A DNA stretch of 64,000 nucleotides from contig NC_047017.1 of NCBI RefSeq assembly GCF_902652985.1, positions 5,456,001 to 5,520,000 of the forward strand, read 5' to 3'. The stretch comes from Pecten maximus (Eukaryota). The notes below the pieces were generated by a model. It did not search any database and was not told where the DNA came from. It worked only from the letters and a program-made list of their open reading frames with translations. Made by a program: the position numbers and the translations under genes. This document shows, in pieces, positions 40,701 through 50,876 of the stretch (within the stretch, counting starts at the first letter, position 1; every line of letters starts with the position of its first letter).

Positions 40701-42230
40701 TCAAATTAAAAAAATAACCATTTTTAACTTAAATTGTAAAGCCATGGTCTTGGCGAAAGTAGTTCCCGTACCCTGTCATATTTTCATTCGCAAGTTCAAA
40801 GGTCAATGTTTCCATGCAAGAATGGTAAACAAATCGGTCTGGTATTGTTATATAGTGACAAAACTTTGCAAGCGCGCCCCATAGAATATATTCTTAGAGG
40901 AATTGCTCCATAAAAGCATGGTTAACATAAAAGTGAAATCCAATCCCTATATGGGGAAAAGCCACCATATCTCACAGAAGTCCAACAAGACTTATATTGA
41001 TGTCATCCAATGAGATCGTTACACGTATATATGGCGATACTTATTATATTTTGTGAATAATTTTACCACTTTGAGAACATTTATAATATAATTTGCTAAC
41101 TTACTTATCTACTGTCAATCAGAGACGTATATACCTGATATACAAGTCTCTGGATTAACGTACTTGTTTTGTTAAATAAATTCGTTGAGTCTGACTTAAG
41201 GTCGTACATCTTTTGAATCAAAGGGTGGTCGACTTTCTGCCCTTACATGAACGCAAACTCCGATATTTCGAGGATACTGATCATAATTTTATTTTGGTGC
41301 TCAATATTTTCCAGGGATAGTGTTTGACACAGGGACTTTTAACGTTTTTCCAATCAACGGTCCAACTACATATACATAGACCGTTAGTTGGAAATTCCTG
41401 CCAAGTCCCTGTGGTTTTGTTTCAGTGAAAAGCATGGTTGCACTACATCAATTTTCAAGTTTTGTAACAGTAAGTCGGAATCAAAAGACTATATCTAGCT
41501 CTGTGCGATGCACAACCCGGGATTAAAAGTTAAGGGTACCCGACAGCATAAGTTATCACCGCGATTAAGAGTTCCACTGAAACGCTACCTTTGGAATTAT
41601 TTCCTTTTCTTATAGAATTTATTAGTACATGTACACGGTGATCGTCAACTGACATTCTGGTATCTTGGACATTTATGGGTTCATCACAAGAACAAGAAAA
41701 TCCAGAAAATATTGAAATCCGACGGAAATCCTTCTGTAATCGTAAGGAAGCTACTTCCAGATTTTTTTTATAAATATATTTCTGCTGCTCATTAAATTTA
41801 GAACAAATGTGCTATGACGAAAAGGTTTCATAAAAACTAGAGTTAAATGTGTACAATTCAGCAGTAACCTCACTATCAGACCTGTGCTATTGTTTTTATT
41901 CTTGAAAGCACTTATACGTTATAACAATCATAAAAAAAAGTCATGCCTGTTGCTTTCACACAAAAAAAGTGTATCATACATCTAGGCGTTACCCATCTGC
42001 GGATTAAAATTCACACAACTCAGGATGGAGTTAAAAATCATAGGAGAGAGCGAGGGTTGGGGAGGGGCGAGAGTGAGGGGGTCATATCTAGATATAGATA
42101 CACGTACGTCAAAACTTACCGCTCTCTGCTGGTAACGAGTCTCTCCCTTCATCTTTCTGTCTTTCTTATCGTCCGTATACGGCGATTCGTGGTCGAGTGA
42201 GTACTCCAGGTCGTTCGCGACTCCGGACAT
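28738..42230 (-). CDS. Doublecortin (DCX) domain-containing protein with two DCX domains and an acidic, disordered C-terminal tail
   Basis: Exon 31337-30591 holds DCX1 (VLVRFFKDDDRLHRGVTVSINDRQFKSIESLYEYLNDKIDTKKGVRHIF…LERGDVCIVSS) and the first part of DCX2. Exon 29487-28738 (IYSFSQLNREVKVNDCFLVCGKERF…, stop TGA) joins it in phase 0. Putative first exon 42230-42120 (MSGVANDLEY…YQQRA, 111 nt, donor GCG|GTAAGT, phase 0) fits the 31337 acceptor, but that link is inferred. Confidence 0.8.
29740..30605 (-). repeat. 31-bp (63-bp higher-order) minisatellite built from the DCX exon/donor junction
   Basis: Sense-strand unit GTAACCCTACCAACAG|GTGAGTCTCCTTTAG reproduces the real junction AAACCCTACCAACAG|GTGAGTCTCC at 30591/30590. 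Confidence 0.95.
32807..32891. mobile_element. 85-bp MITE with 7-bp TSD, same family as 23723
   Basis: TIR CACAGGCGTCTG / CAGGCGCCTGTG; exact TSD GTATATT at 32800-32806 and 32892-32898; shares the internal AGCCCCTA motif with the 23723 copy. Confidence 0.75.
35900..38045. repeat. ~2.1-kb minisatellite with ~35-bp unit (TAACCTTCCTGTAACCCCCTGTAATCGATGTTCTA)n
   Basis: Tandem array visible directly, with variable C-run length and ~24-bp short variants; lies in the presumed first intron of the DCX gene. Confidence 0.97.
38594..38954. mobile_element. ~350-bp MITE, Kolobok-like
   Basis: TTAA-GGGGCATTCCT … AGGAATGCCCCT-TTAA: short TIRs starting with purines and flanked by TTAA. Confidence 0.5.
40271..40952. 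mobile_element. Foldback/MITE-like element with three copies of an ~82-bp arm
   Basis: Arm at 40271-40352, inverted copy at 40353-40434 (forming a 164-bp near-perfect palindrome), second inverted copy at 40871-40952. Confidence 0.75.
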
Positions 42231-43079
42231 GTATGTGGTCAGTATACGTACTCAACGCTGGTCACTCGCTGGCTAAGTATGAATATATAATGACTATATG
42301 TACGTAGACCTCATTATCGCTAATGTACAGGTGCGCGGGCCGTAAGAACCACAGGTAAATAATTAAAGGCAGCTGGTATGTTTACACCGCGCAGGTATCA
42401 TAAAGTGTGTAGCCAGGTAACAGGCATACAGGTGTGCACGAGTGTGCAAGCTTGCTACGCCCACATCTATGTCCAAACATAGGTATCCATGGGTCATCTT
42501 TATGGAATAATGAGAATAAGTCAATTACAAAGCGAACGGAAGTTGGCATGCGCTAAAATTTATAATTGACCCGACAAAGGGATATTTCAATCCATTTTAT
42601 TACTAATTGGAGAATAGATACTGTATAGAGTTTGTTAATCACATGTAGAGGATTATCAATTATATCTTGACTCGGACATGTTGGAAAGGAGCAGATGGAA
42701 GTGATAGACAGATAATGGAAATGGAGAGTGGGTATAGGCCAACAACTATCTATAGAAGAACACCCTCGTAGATCACGGGGTTGCGTCTAAGTATGATCTC
42801 ATCAAGAAAGAAAGAAAGAAAGAAAGGCCATTGCAATCATTTTTTCTAAAAATGTTTAGCTTCATAAAATAATCAATGAAAAGGCAGTTCTGGACGTTTA
42901 TCAGTAAAAGAAATATGAGCTAATCTAGTAAAATCATTGAATAAATCATATTAAACGTCTGTAGGAAAAGCCTTATAGATGCTGCAGTAAACCATCCTCC
43001 TGGCTGTAATGTTAACATTATGTCGGTGAAAACGCGTGCCCTTTCCGACAAACACGGACATAATCAGACAACGGGGTTT

Positions 43080-43098
43080 GAAGAAGAAGAAGAAGAAG

Positions 43099-43129
<31 letters not shown>

Positions 43130-43185
43130 GCAACGACCAGACCGGGATTCGAATCCGGACCTCCGAGCTCTAACCATTCAATCGG
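43080..43185 (-). mobile_element. tRNA-like SINE head fragment followed by a (CTT)n microsatellite
   Basis: Minus strand reads TGGTTAGAGC…GGATTCGAATCCCGG (A and B boxes), followed by about 16 GAA repeats at 43080-43127 on the plus strand. Confidence 0.55.
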
Positions 43186-43403
43186 AAACCTTCGGCACTT
43201 TCCGTAAAAGAGAAAAGTTTACGGAAAGTGCGACGGTTCCCGATTGGAACTCCCTGGCCACTGTCCAGTCCAGTTCCGTTACAATATGGTGTTTCTATGG
43301 TGTTTTACTAATATCAAACAAATTAGCGTTCATTTGTCCTGATGTGGTGACGATGGAAATGACACCAATAAATACTTTGGCGTAAAATTTACTATCTCCT
43401 TAT

Positions 43404-43639
43404 TATGGTGGCTGATTAGTGCCATTTTCACCATTGAAACCCGAAAAGTCGAAATCTGATATCCATATTAATTTTTTTTTTTCGTTTTTGAAGCACGAAA
43501 AAGCTAAAAAGTGAAAAAAGCGACAAGGTTAAACTTCGCTTATTCGCCTCAAGCTTTGGCGCCTTTTAGCGTTATCTTAGTGGGTTTTTTTTTTGTTTGT
43601 TTTTGCCTTTAACGAAAATGGCACTGATCATCCACCATA
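43404..43639. mobile_element. 236-bp MITE with TATGG termini (IS3EU-like), older copy
   Basis: 26-bp TIR TATGGTGGCTGATTAGTGCCATTTTC / GAAAATGGCACTGATCATCCACCATA with 2 mismatches. No TSD is recognisable. Confidence 0.6.
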
Positions 43640-45309
43640 GTTTTGGGATGGGGAGGGTTACTGTATGTCACAATAATCAGAAACTTCACTCTGAATACGA
43701 AATTCTATAGAACTTTTCTTCGTGAATAATATATTAAGTGTCTGTGACTGTATGGAAAAGGTCTTTTCAAGAAGGCGGTTCAAGATGATCACAAAAAGGT
43801 ATAGTAAAGCACTTTTTTGAGCTGCAAACTCACTTATTTATTAGAACAATCTGACTGGGATAAGTACAAAGTCTATCTCAGAAATAATTAGAATTTATCT
43901 TACAACATATATCGGATGCCAATAAGTTCATAAACAACTTTGAATCCTTCGCTAAGTTGTACGAACTGTAAATCTCGACATCGAGGTGTGATTCGTCGAA
44001 AGTTTTTGACAGTGTTGGTGATATGTAATAATCTTGATACTTGAGTATACACAGTATCCAAATCATTTTGAGATAGAAATTCGAAATTTTGAGATAATAA
44101 TTAAAATTCTGAGACATGCCAAAAGTTTAAGTTACTAAGTCGTTATTTACTGTAAATTTCGAGATACTAACTCGAAATTTTGAGATCTTAAAAAAAACAA
44201 AAAACAAAAAAAAACATGTTTATCATTAATACGCTTCTTTACAGCATATTGTCATGGAATAAAAATACTTATCATTGCTTAGAATAGAAAAAAATAATCT
44301 GATCAATTAGATGTTCGCCCTAATTAGATTAAACAACATCAATAAATATGTTGGTCGAGTTCCTTGTGTACGTCAGGAAGCTAAAAGATGGAGTTCCTTC
44401 AAGGCGAGCGAGTCTTAGTTCAAATAATGATTGAAAAAGTGCGACTTTTTTCAGACAGACTGATTAAGATCAATATCTACTATATCCCGGGGGAACGGGG
44501 TGAAATATTCAATAGTTCTCGCTTCATAAGGGCTGACTTCATTTAAAATCATCACCATTAAATCGATATCTCCAGTTTAATCACGATTTTTATTGAAGAA
44601 CTTTCGTGTTTATTGTTGTGAATAATCTTGACCATATCTAAAGTAGCCCGGGTTAATCTAAATCTGCTGATAAGGCATTTTATATACACTGTGTATACTT
44701 TAATTGTACCGCCTGGTCAAATGTTTCGACCGTGTTTTCTTCTTCAACTTAAAAAAAAAATCCTTAAAGAATATAAAATAAAAAATCTTATGAAATGTTC
44801 ATATGCCGACTTTCTGCGTCGAATTCGCAGAGGGAGCAGATAGTCAACGAGAGATAGCAAGACAAGGAGCCACGATGGCTAGTAAAGTGGTCGGAAAGCT
44901 CCGACATTTATTCGCCATTAGAAAAATTCGCTGGAGCTATCGACACAATCCTGTGGAGAATTTGATTAAAGCACGGTCAAGAAGTTAAATAAATCGTTCT
45001 TGTTTGTTTTGAAGGAAAGGATCGATGAGAATCGAGACGAAGAACGAATAAAAAGAGCTCATTGTGATTGAGAACATCAAGAGTTCAGACAATTTATAAA
45101 AAAGTGATAGCGAACTGTCAAGTGATGACAAACGTACAGTGATTTGAATGATAGCCAAAGCGTCAACGTGTTTATATACGAGAGAAGCGAGGGATACGCT
45201 AGAACCGGAAAGAGAGGAAGACGACGGAGTTCGTATCCGTCAGACTTTCAGTTCGCAAAGAATTATTTTAGAAAGGATTGATCGCCGATGATAAGTATTG
45301 GAGGAAAAT

Positions 45310-45545
45310 CACTGAACTGTGGATGGTGAGGGAACGTCTCTGGGTGGTGGATGGTGGAGGAACATTTCTGGATGGTCGAAGAACGTCTCTGAATAGTTGA
45401 TGGTGAAGGAACATCTCTGGATGGTGGATAATGGAGGACTTTCTCTGGATGGTGGATGATGGAAAAACAGCTTTGGATGATCGATGGTAGGGGAACATGT
45501 CTGGATGGTGGATTGTGGAGGGAAATATCTGGTGGTGAAAGTTGG
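45310..45545. repeat. Degenerate GGATGGT-rich minisatellite
   Basis: Recurring GGAACATCTCTGGATGGTGGATGGTG unit. Confidence 0.75.
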
Positions 45546-45788
45546 GCGAACATTCCAGGCTGAAAAGGAGTAAAGAGTCAACGATTTTTCACGTGCGAAC
45601 CGACACTCCTGGATGTAATGAAATCATCAAAGACAAGGACGATGTCGACACCAGTACAAATGGCGTGTCATACGATTGACACAAATTATCATTCTTAGAG
45701 TCTACAAGACTGTCGAAATAAGCGTGACTTTCCAATGAGACGGGTATAACTGTATAAGCAGACAGACAAGTGCAGAGAGGTACCGCAT

Positions 45789-45926
45789 CACTGGCGGATT
45801 TAAGCCCCCGCCCCGCCCCTGCCCCTGCCCCTCCCTAAAATTGCATTTACCTGCTAAAATATACTCTGGACCCCCTGTAATTTGGCACGCCCCCCCCCCT
45901 AACTGAAAATCCTGTTTCCGCCCCTG
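45789..45926. mobile_element. 138-bp GC-rich MITE with 5-bp flanking direct repeat
   Basis: Imperfect TIR CACTGGCGGA / TCCGCCCCTG, with CGCAT on both flanks (45784-45788, 45927-45931). Confidence 0.5.
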
Positions 45927-47527
45927 CGCATACCTAAGATAGCACAGACTGTGGTCGTAGCATTCGCAGCAGGGAACGAGACTAGTAAGCCAAGTCAACA
46001 CTCACCAGCCACAGCGCTAAGGGAAGTAACTCCAGTATGTTTGAGAAAAGATTATTATATATCATATCTTATTTAATTTCGTATATTATGAGATACAATG
46101 TAAATACATGTATATATTATATGAGATATCTTATAACATTATAATACATACATACCAGATCTCATACGATATATTTACTAAGATATTATTATTGTAAATG
46201 GCCATTGAACATTGAATAAATATCAAGACGACTGTTATGGAAGTCATATTATCAAGATAGAATCTAGGATGTAATCAGAGACATATATATCTACTATTTA
46301 GGTCTCTGATGTGAGTAAGCAGTTTTGAAATGATTTATTTTTTCGAAATATTAAAGAACTGTATTAAAGTGATTCCGGCGACAACTTCTAGCCCCTAAAA
46401 ACTGTTTTCGTGGACTCTACAAATTCTCAATCCCACGAGTATGACTTGTGACCTTAGTTCACGCAAACATGTACGGCTCCTTATTGAGACTAAGAACGTA
46501 AGGCTGATTATTTATATGGGCAGGGGCGTACATACATGTTGTATGTCCCTGGTATGGGGAACCGTTTTACATTAAGCGCGACTCTTTTTCGGCATAGCCG
46601 TCTAATTTTGTTTTGGCCCCGGATATGACGCGACAGGTGGCGTTACTGGTCAAGATGAAGTATGTGATTGGTCAATGTAGCGGTCAATGCAAAATGCAGA
46701 TATACAGTTAAAAACGAAACAAAGTTAAAGGGACCTCACGGTAAACCAATATTTATTTTGTATTTTTATCATATTATAGGGTATATCTTTTAAAAAATAA
46801 CCTTCTGAACAATAACCATTCGAATTTGATGATGTATGTACATAAAAACATCAATTATTTATTATTAAAAGGTTGATCAACAATCTGAATATGCAAATTT
46901 TGTGACATATACGATAAACGCATGCGCACAACAAACTAAAACACATGGAAACAAAAATGGCTTCCAATGTGAATCGACTGCGGTTGAAAACGATAACAGC
47001 TTCCGCAATGAAGAGAATAATAGGAAAATGGGTCAAACACAATCCTAGAATTAAACTTGGGAAGCAGTACAATAGATTGTAACAGTTCAAACATGAAAAC
47101 AGCAGTAATACGGACGCCGCTCGTATTCTGCTTGGTTGTTTGATAGTAGGTCATGACTATCTCGGTAAATATTTACACAAACTCGGTAGGTCCTAATATT
47201 AAAACAAACTCGGTAATATTAACACAAACTCGGTAATAGTTCCACAAACTCGGTAATATTTATACAGTCTGTACCAGTACATCACTACCGTCACTCTACT
47301 ATATGAACAGTGTTTACACTTATTTACACATACATATGTGTGCCGTAATATATACAGAACGTGTTATTTAACATTTAAACCACTGTATAATATCGTTATC
47401 CAACTAACTCAGATGGAATATAGATATCGCCTTGTAAACTATCGTGTGTTTGTGTTGCCACGATTTCAAAATAATTTCCGCGCTAAATTTAGAGGGGGAT
47501 TCCCAACTAAATCGAGTGGTCAAGCTG

Positions 47528-47974
47528 TATGGGCGCCGTTTTACTATTTATTCCCATTTGGTGATATCACCTATTCAATCAGTGATATCACCTATTCGAA
47601 TAGGTAATATCACCAATTCATTTTTCAAATAAGTGATATCACCTATTCGAATAGGTGATATCACCCATTCAAATAGGTGATATCACTTATAAAATTCTTA
47701 AGTGATATCACCTATTCGTTTCATTAAGTGATATTCGAATTGGTGATATCACCTATTCGTTTCAATAAGTGATATCACCTATTTGAATGAGTGATATCAC
47801 CTATTCGAATGGGTGATATCACTTAATGAAACGAATAGGTGATATCACTCATTCGAATAGGTGATATCACTTAGAAAAGTTCTTAAGTGATATCACCTAT
47901 TCGAATAGGTGATATCACTCATTTGAATAGGTGATATCACCAAATGGGAATAAATAGTAAAACGGCGCCCCATA
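47528..47974. mobile_element. 447-bp foldback MITE, IS3EU-like, with exact 6-bp TSD
   Basis: Termini TATGGGCGCCGTTTTACTATTTATTCCCATTTGGTGATATCACC and its complement; TSD AAGCTG at 47522-47527 and 47975-47980; interior made of palindromic GTGATATCAC and TATTCGAATA subrepeats. TAYGG termini with a 6-bp TSD are the IS3EU signature. Confidence 0.8.
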
Positions 47975-48449
47975 AAGCTGGACATAGGGATTGACTGTGA
48001 ACATTGGGACAGCACAGAAACATAACTGGAAAGGAACAAAACGCGTACATTCAGTGAAAATTGCAACCGTGATGTCCCTTTTAAATTGAATGCAAGCTGA
48101 ATAAGTGGATGCATCTATTCAAATGACACATTTGCAGTCTTATTATCACCAAAAATGATTCAAACTGATATAATTTTGTTATCCGTGCTGAAACTGCGCA
48201 TTTATTAATTACAATGTAGTTCGTTAATCTATTTCATCAGTAGTTTTACATTATAACCACCAGCATTAAAACTATGCCGTTTATCTTTTTTAAAGATATT
48301 TCTTGTTTTAAAACTATTTTGTATTTTCCCGCGAAAGGCTAAACACTTATTTGTACTTCCGGCATTGAAGAGTTCCCTCCTCGACCTTCGATCAAATGGC
48401 ATGAAACGCGAAGGACTTGGGATATCTTACCTGAATTGAAAGGGAAACA

Positions 48450-50876
48450 ATGGATCTTCCAGTCAACGAGATAAATCTGACCAGAGGGAACAATTGGTAC
48501 GCACGCAAAATATATAGACAAAGACTGTTAGATCTTTGTCCAATACTTAAAATGACACATCACGAAACACCCGGCCGGCTTTGCGATCGATCTTCTTTCA
48601 GTTTGTAATATAATAGGCTTGCAGTACAGTATCTAGTTGTTTTACTAACAAAGTGCAACCACCTGTGTCACGTTCAATACGTGTATGCAGACAAGTAGTG
48701 TTGAATCTGTTCTCAGGAACATGTTCTTTTAATTTTAATATGACGAATCGACTTTTCTGAAATTTTATCCAGATTTCATTGTTTCGGTTTGATGGGAAAT
48801 CCGTTTTAGATTCCGGAATAACTCGTGTCTAATTCCGGCTCAGAATAATTTTTGAACTAGACTAGATGACACGTGTATACACAATCATTTTAATTCTGCA
48901 CAAAAAATCAGTTTGATTTCAAAGCAGACTAGATATATATATATATATATAGGTATTAGTCTATCGGTTAAGGTATGATAGGCATTGTGCATAAGTCATA
49001 AATATGAAGACTCAGCAAGTGGATTTGGCGACACAAAAGCCAAAGGTGCTTTGAAGTATGTCAAGTGGCACTAATGTCATATATCATACATATAAGTAGC
49101 TATATATATAGTGTCATTCGAGACGAGCAGTTGCCAGGGTACTTTTGATAAGTTTATGGACTGCAGTACTGTATATATGATACCTAGAATCTTATTCAGT
49201 TTAATATGCTTATCTTATGGTTGATTAAAAATGGAAAGGTATTATCAATTAGAATTGTTATAATTTTGATAATCTTATTGTGTGTAAGGTATTAACCAAA
49301 ATTGTGTGTTTTTCTTAACAGGTCTTGGTTTCAATATCCGTGGAGGAGTAGATGCCCCGCACATTCAAGGGGATTGTGGGATCTTTGTGACAAAGATCCG
49401 AGAAGATGGGTCTGCATTTAAAGATGGACAACTTAAAGAGGGAGATAAAGTATTAGAGGTAGTTTATTCTGACTCCATTGTCTGGTGATACTAAGACACA
49501 CAAAGTGTTAGCATATTGTTTTTGGATGATACGTATATACCACAGACTTGTATATATATAATTCTGATACAAGTCTGGGCTGATACAGCAGTCCCCAGCA
49601 TCAGGGATTCCATGGGTTTGGGCCTTTTTTAATCGGCATTGCAGGTTGAAGCTAGTTTTCCTGTCACTGTTTTACTACACACTAAATGCTGTATTTGTGT
49701 ATAATCTGTACTTTCTGTAATTACCTAGGTGAACGGTGTAGACTGTCACTGTTTTACTCCACACTAAATGCTATATTTGTGTATATAACATGTACTTTCT
49801 CTAATTACCTAGGTGAATGGTGTAGATTTGTCCCAAGTCACACATCAGGAAGCAGTAGCGTGTTTCATTAATTCAGGAGAGGATGTAAATATGAAGGTTC
49901 AGCAGGGAGCTGAAGCTGTAATTACGGTAAGCGCTTATATTGTTTTCAAGTAGGTAAACAGAACAAACTCCAGTATCATGCTCACTTCTGTTTGACTTAC
50001 ATGGATATTTTATGTTGACACATTCAAAAATGAAAAATTACAACTGTGCTGATATAGTTTTGTGATATTATTGCATTGTAATATATATATATTTATTAAA
50101 CAGAAATTCACAATTGTTACAAACTAGGACTTGTCACACAGAAGGGAATTGGAAAATATCATAGCTAGATTAAAGTGTATCATGATAGTCTGAACTATGT
50201 TTGCTTTTTTTGCCGTCAGGATATCAGAGTTTGTTTTGCTTGCTTGGTTTATCGCCCTGTGAACTGTCAGGGTCATTTTAAGGTGAGGTCTCCATGTAGC
50301 ATATCTACCTCACTGAAAAACATGCATACCATCCAGAGCATTTAGGGTAAAGCGTCTTTCCGATGGACACAACATGACGGCACAGATTGGCCCATTTCTC
50401 AGCTTCCTGAGAAACTCAAACTGACACGAGTAGGAGCCTCAAGCCAGGCACCTCGGGTCTCCACTTGAGATCATGTGACCTGCACTCTAACCGACTGAGC
50501 TATCACTGCCCCTACCATAGTTATCAAAGAGACGATCTCACTTGTATTGGTTACAAACAATGACCCTTTAGAGAAGCATTACTCTCTTAATAAAATTAAA
50601 TGGCTTTATCAAAATGCTTTAGGTGTAAGTCCAAACTGGAAGACAATTTGAAAATCATAAAAAATATATTATTATAATGATTGCAAGTGTTTGTCTGGTA
50701 ATATGTCATAAACTTTATTTTTTTTACAGAAAAGACTAGAAGATTCAATGGTGAAGCAGAGTAAGACAAGTACACCAGACGATAAGGGTGGATCGTGGAA
50801 GCTTCCCATGATGCTCCTTTTTCTAGGTGTGGCTGGCGCAGGCGCCTTTTGGTATTGGAGGAAAAGGTTTCGATGA
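48450..50876 (+). CDS. SYNJ2BP: Synaptojanin-2-binding protein / OMP25 (single PDZ domain plus C-terminal tail anchor)
   Basis: Exons 48450-48496 ([13 protein letters not shown]…, one nucleotide too many), 49322-49458 ([11 protein letters not shown]…[27 protein letters not shown]), 49813-49926 ([15 protein letters not shown]…) and 50730-50876 (…[24 protein letters not shown]). PDZ domain, transmembrane segment and basic tail give the OMP25 architecture. ETS motif ACTTCCGG at ~48355 upstream. Confidence 0.9.
50230..50512 (-). mobile_element. tRNA-derived SINE (CORE-like) in SYNJ2BP intron
   Basis: Minus-strand head GGGGCAGTGATAGCTCAGTCGGTTAGAGTGC, CORE-like GTGTCCATCGGAAAGACGCTTTACCC, and tail AAAATGACCCTGACAGTTCACAGGGCGATAAACCAAGCAAGCAAAAC. 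Confidence 0.65.

Noticed and set aside
43130-43185. Functional tRNA gene (also considered at ~7480, ~22530 and ~50480)
   Set aside because: Only A and B boxes are visible and no complete cloverleaf can be built; these are treated as SINE heads.
44800-45260. GC- and purine-richer stretch that looks like decayed coding sequence
   Set aside because: Short interrupted frames, no recognisable homology or consistent splice sites; it would need a tblastx search to call.
48422-48433. ATATCTTACCTG resembling the U1 snRNA 5' end, or a minus-strand donor
   Set aside because: No further U1 sequence follows and no divergent exon could be supported; it lies in the SYNJ2BP 5' region.
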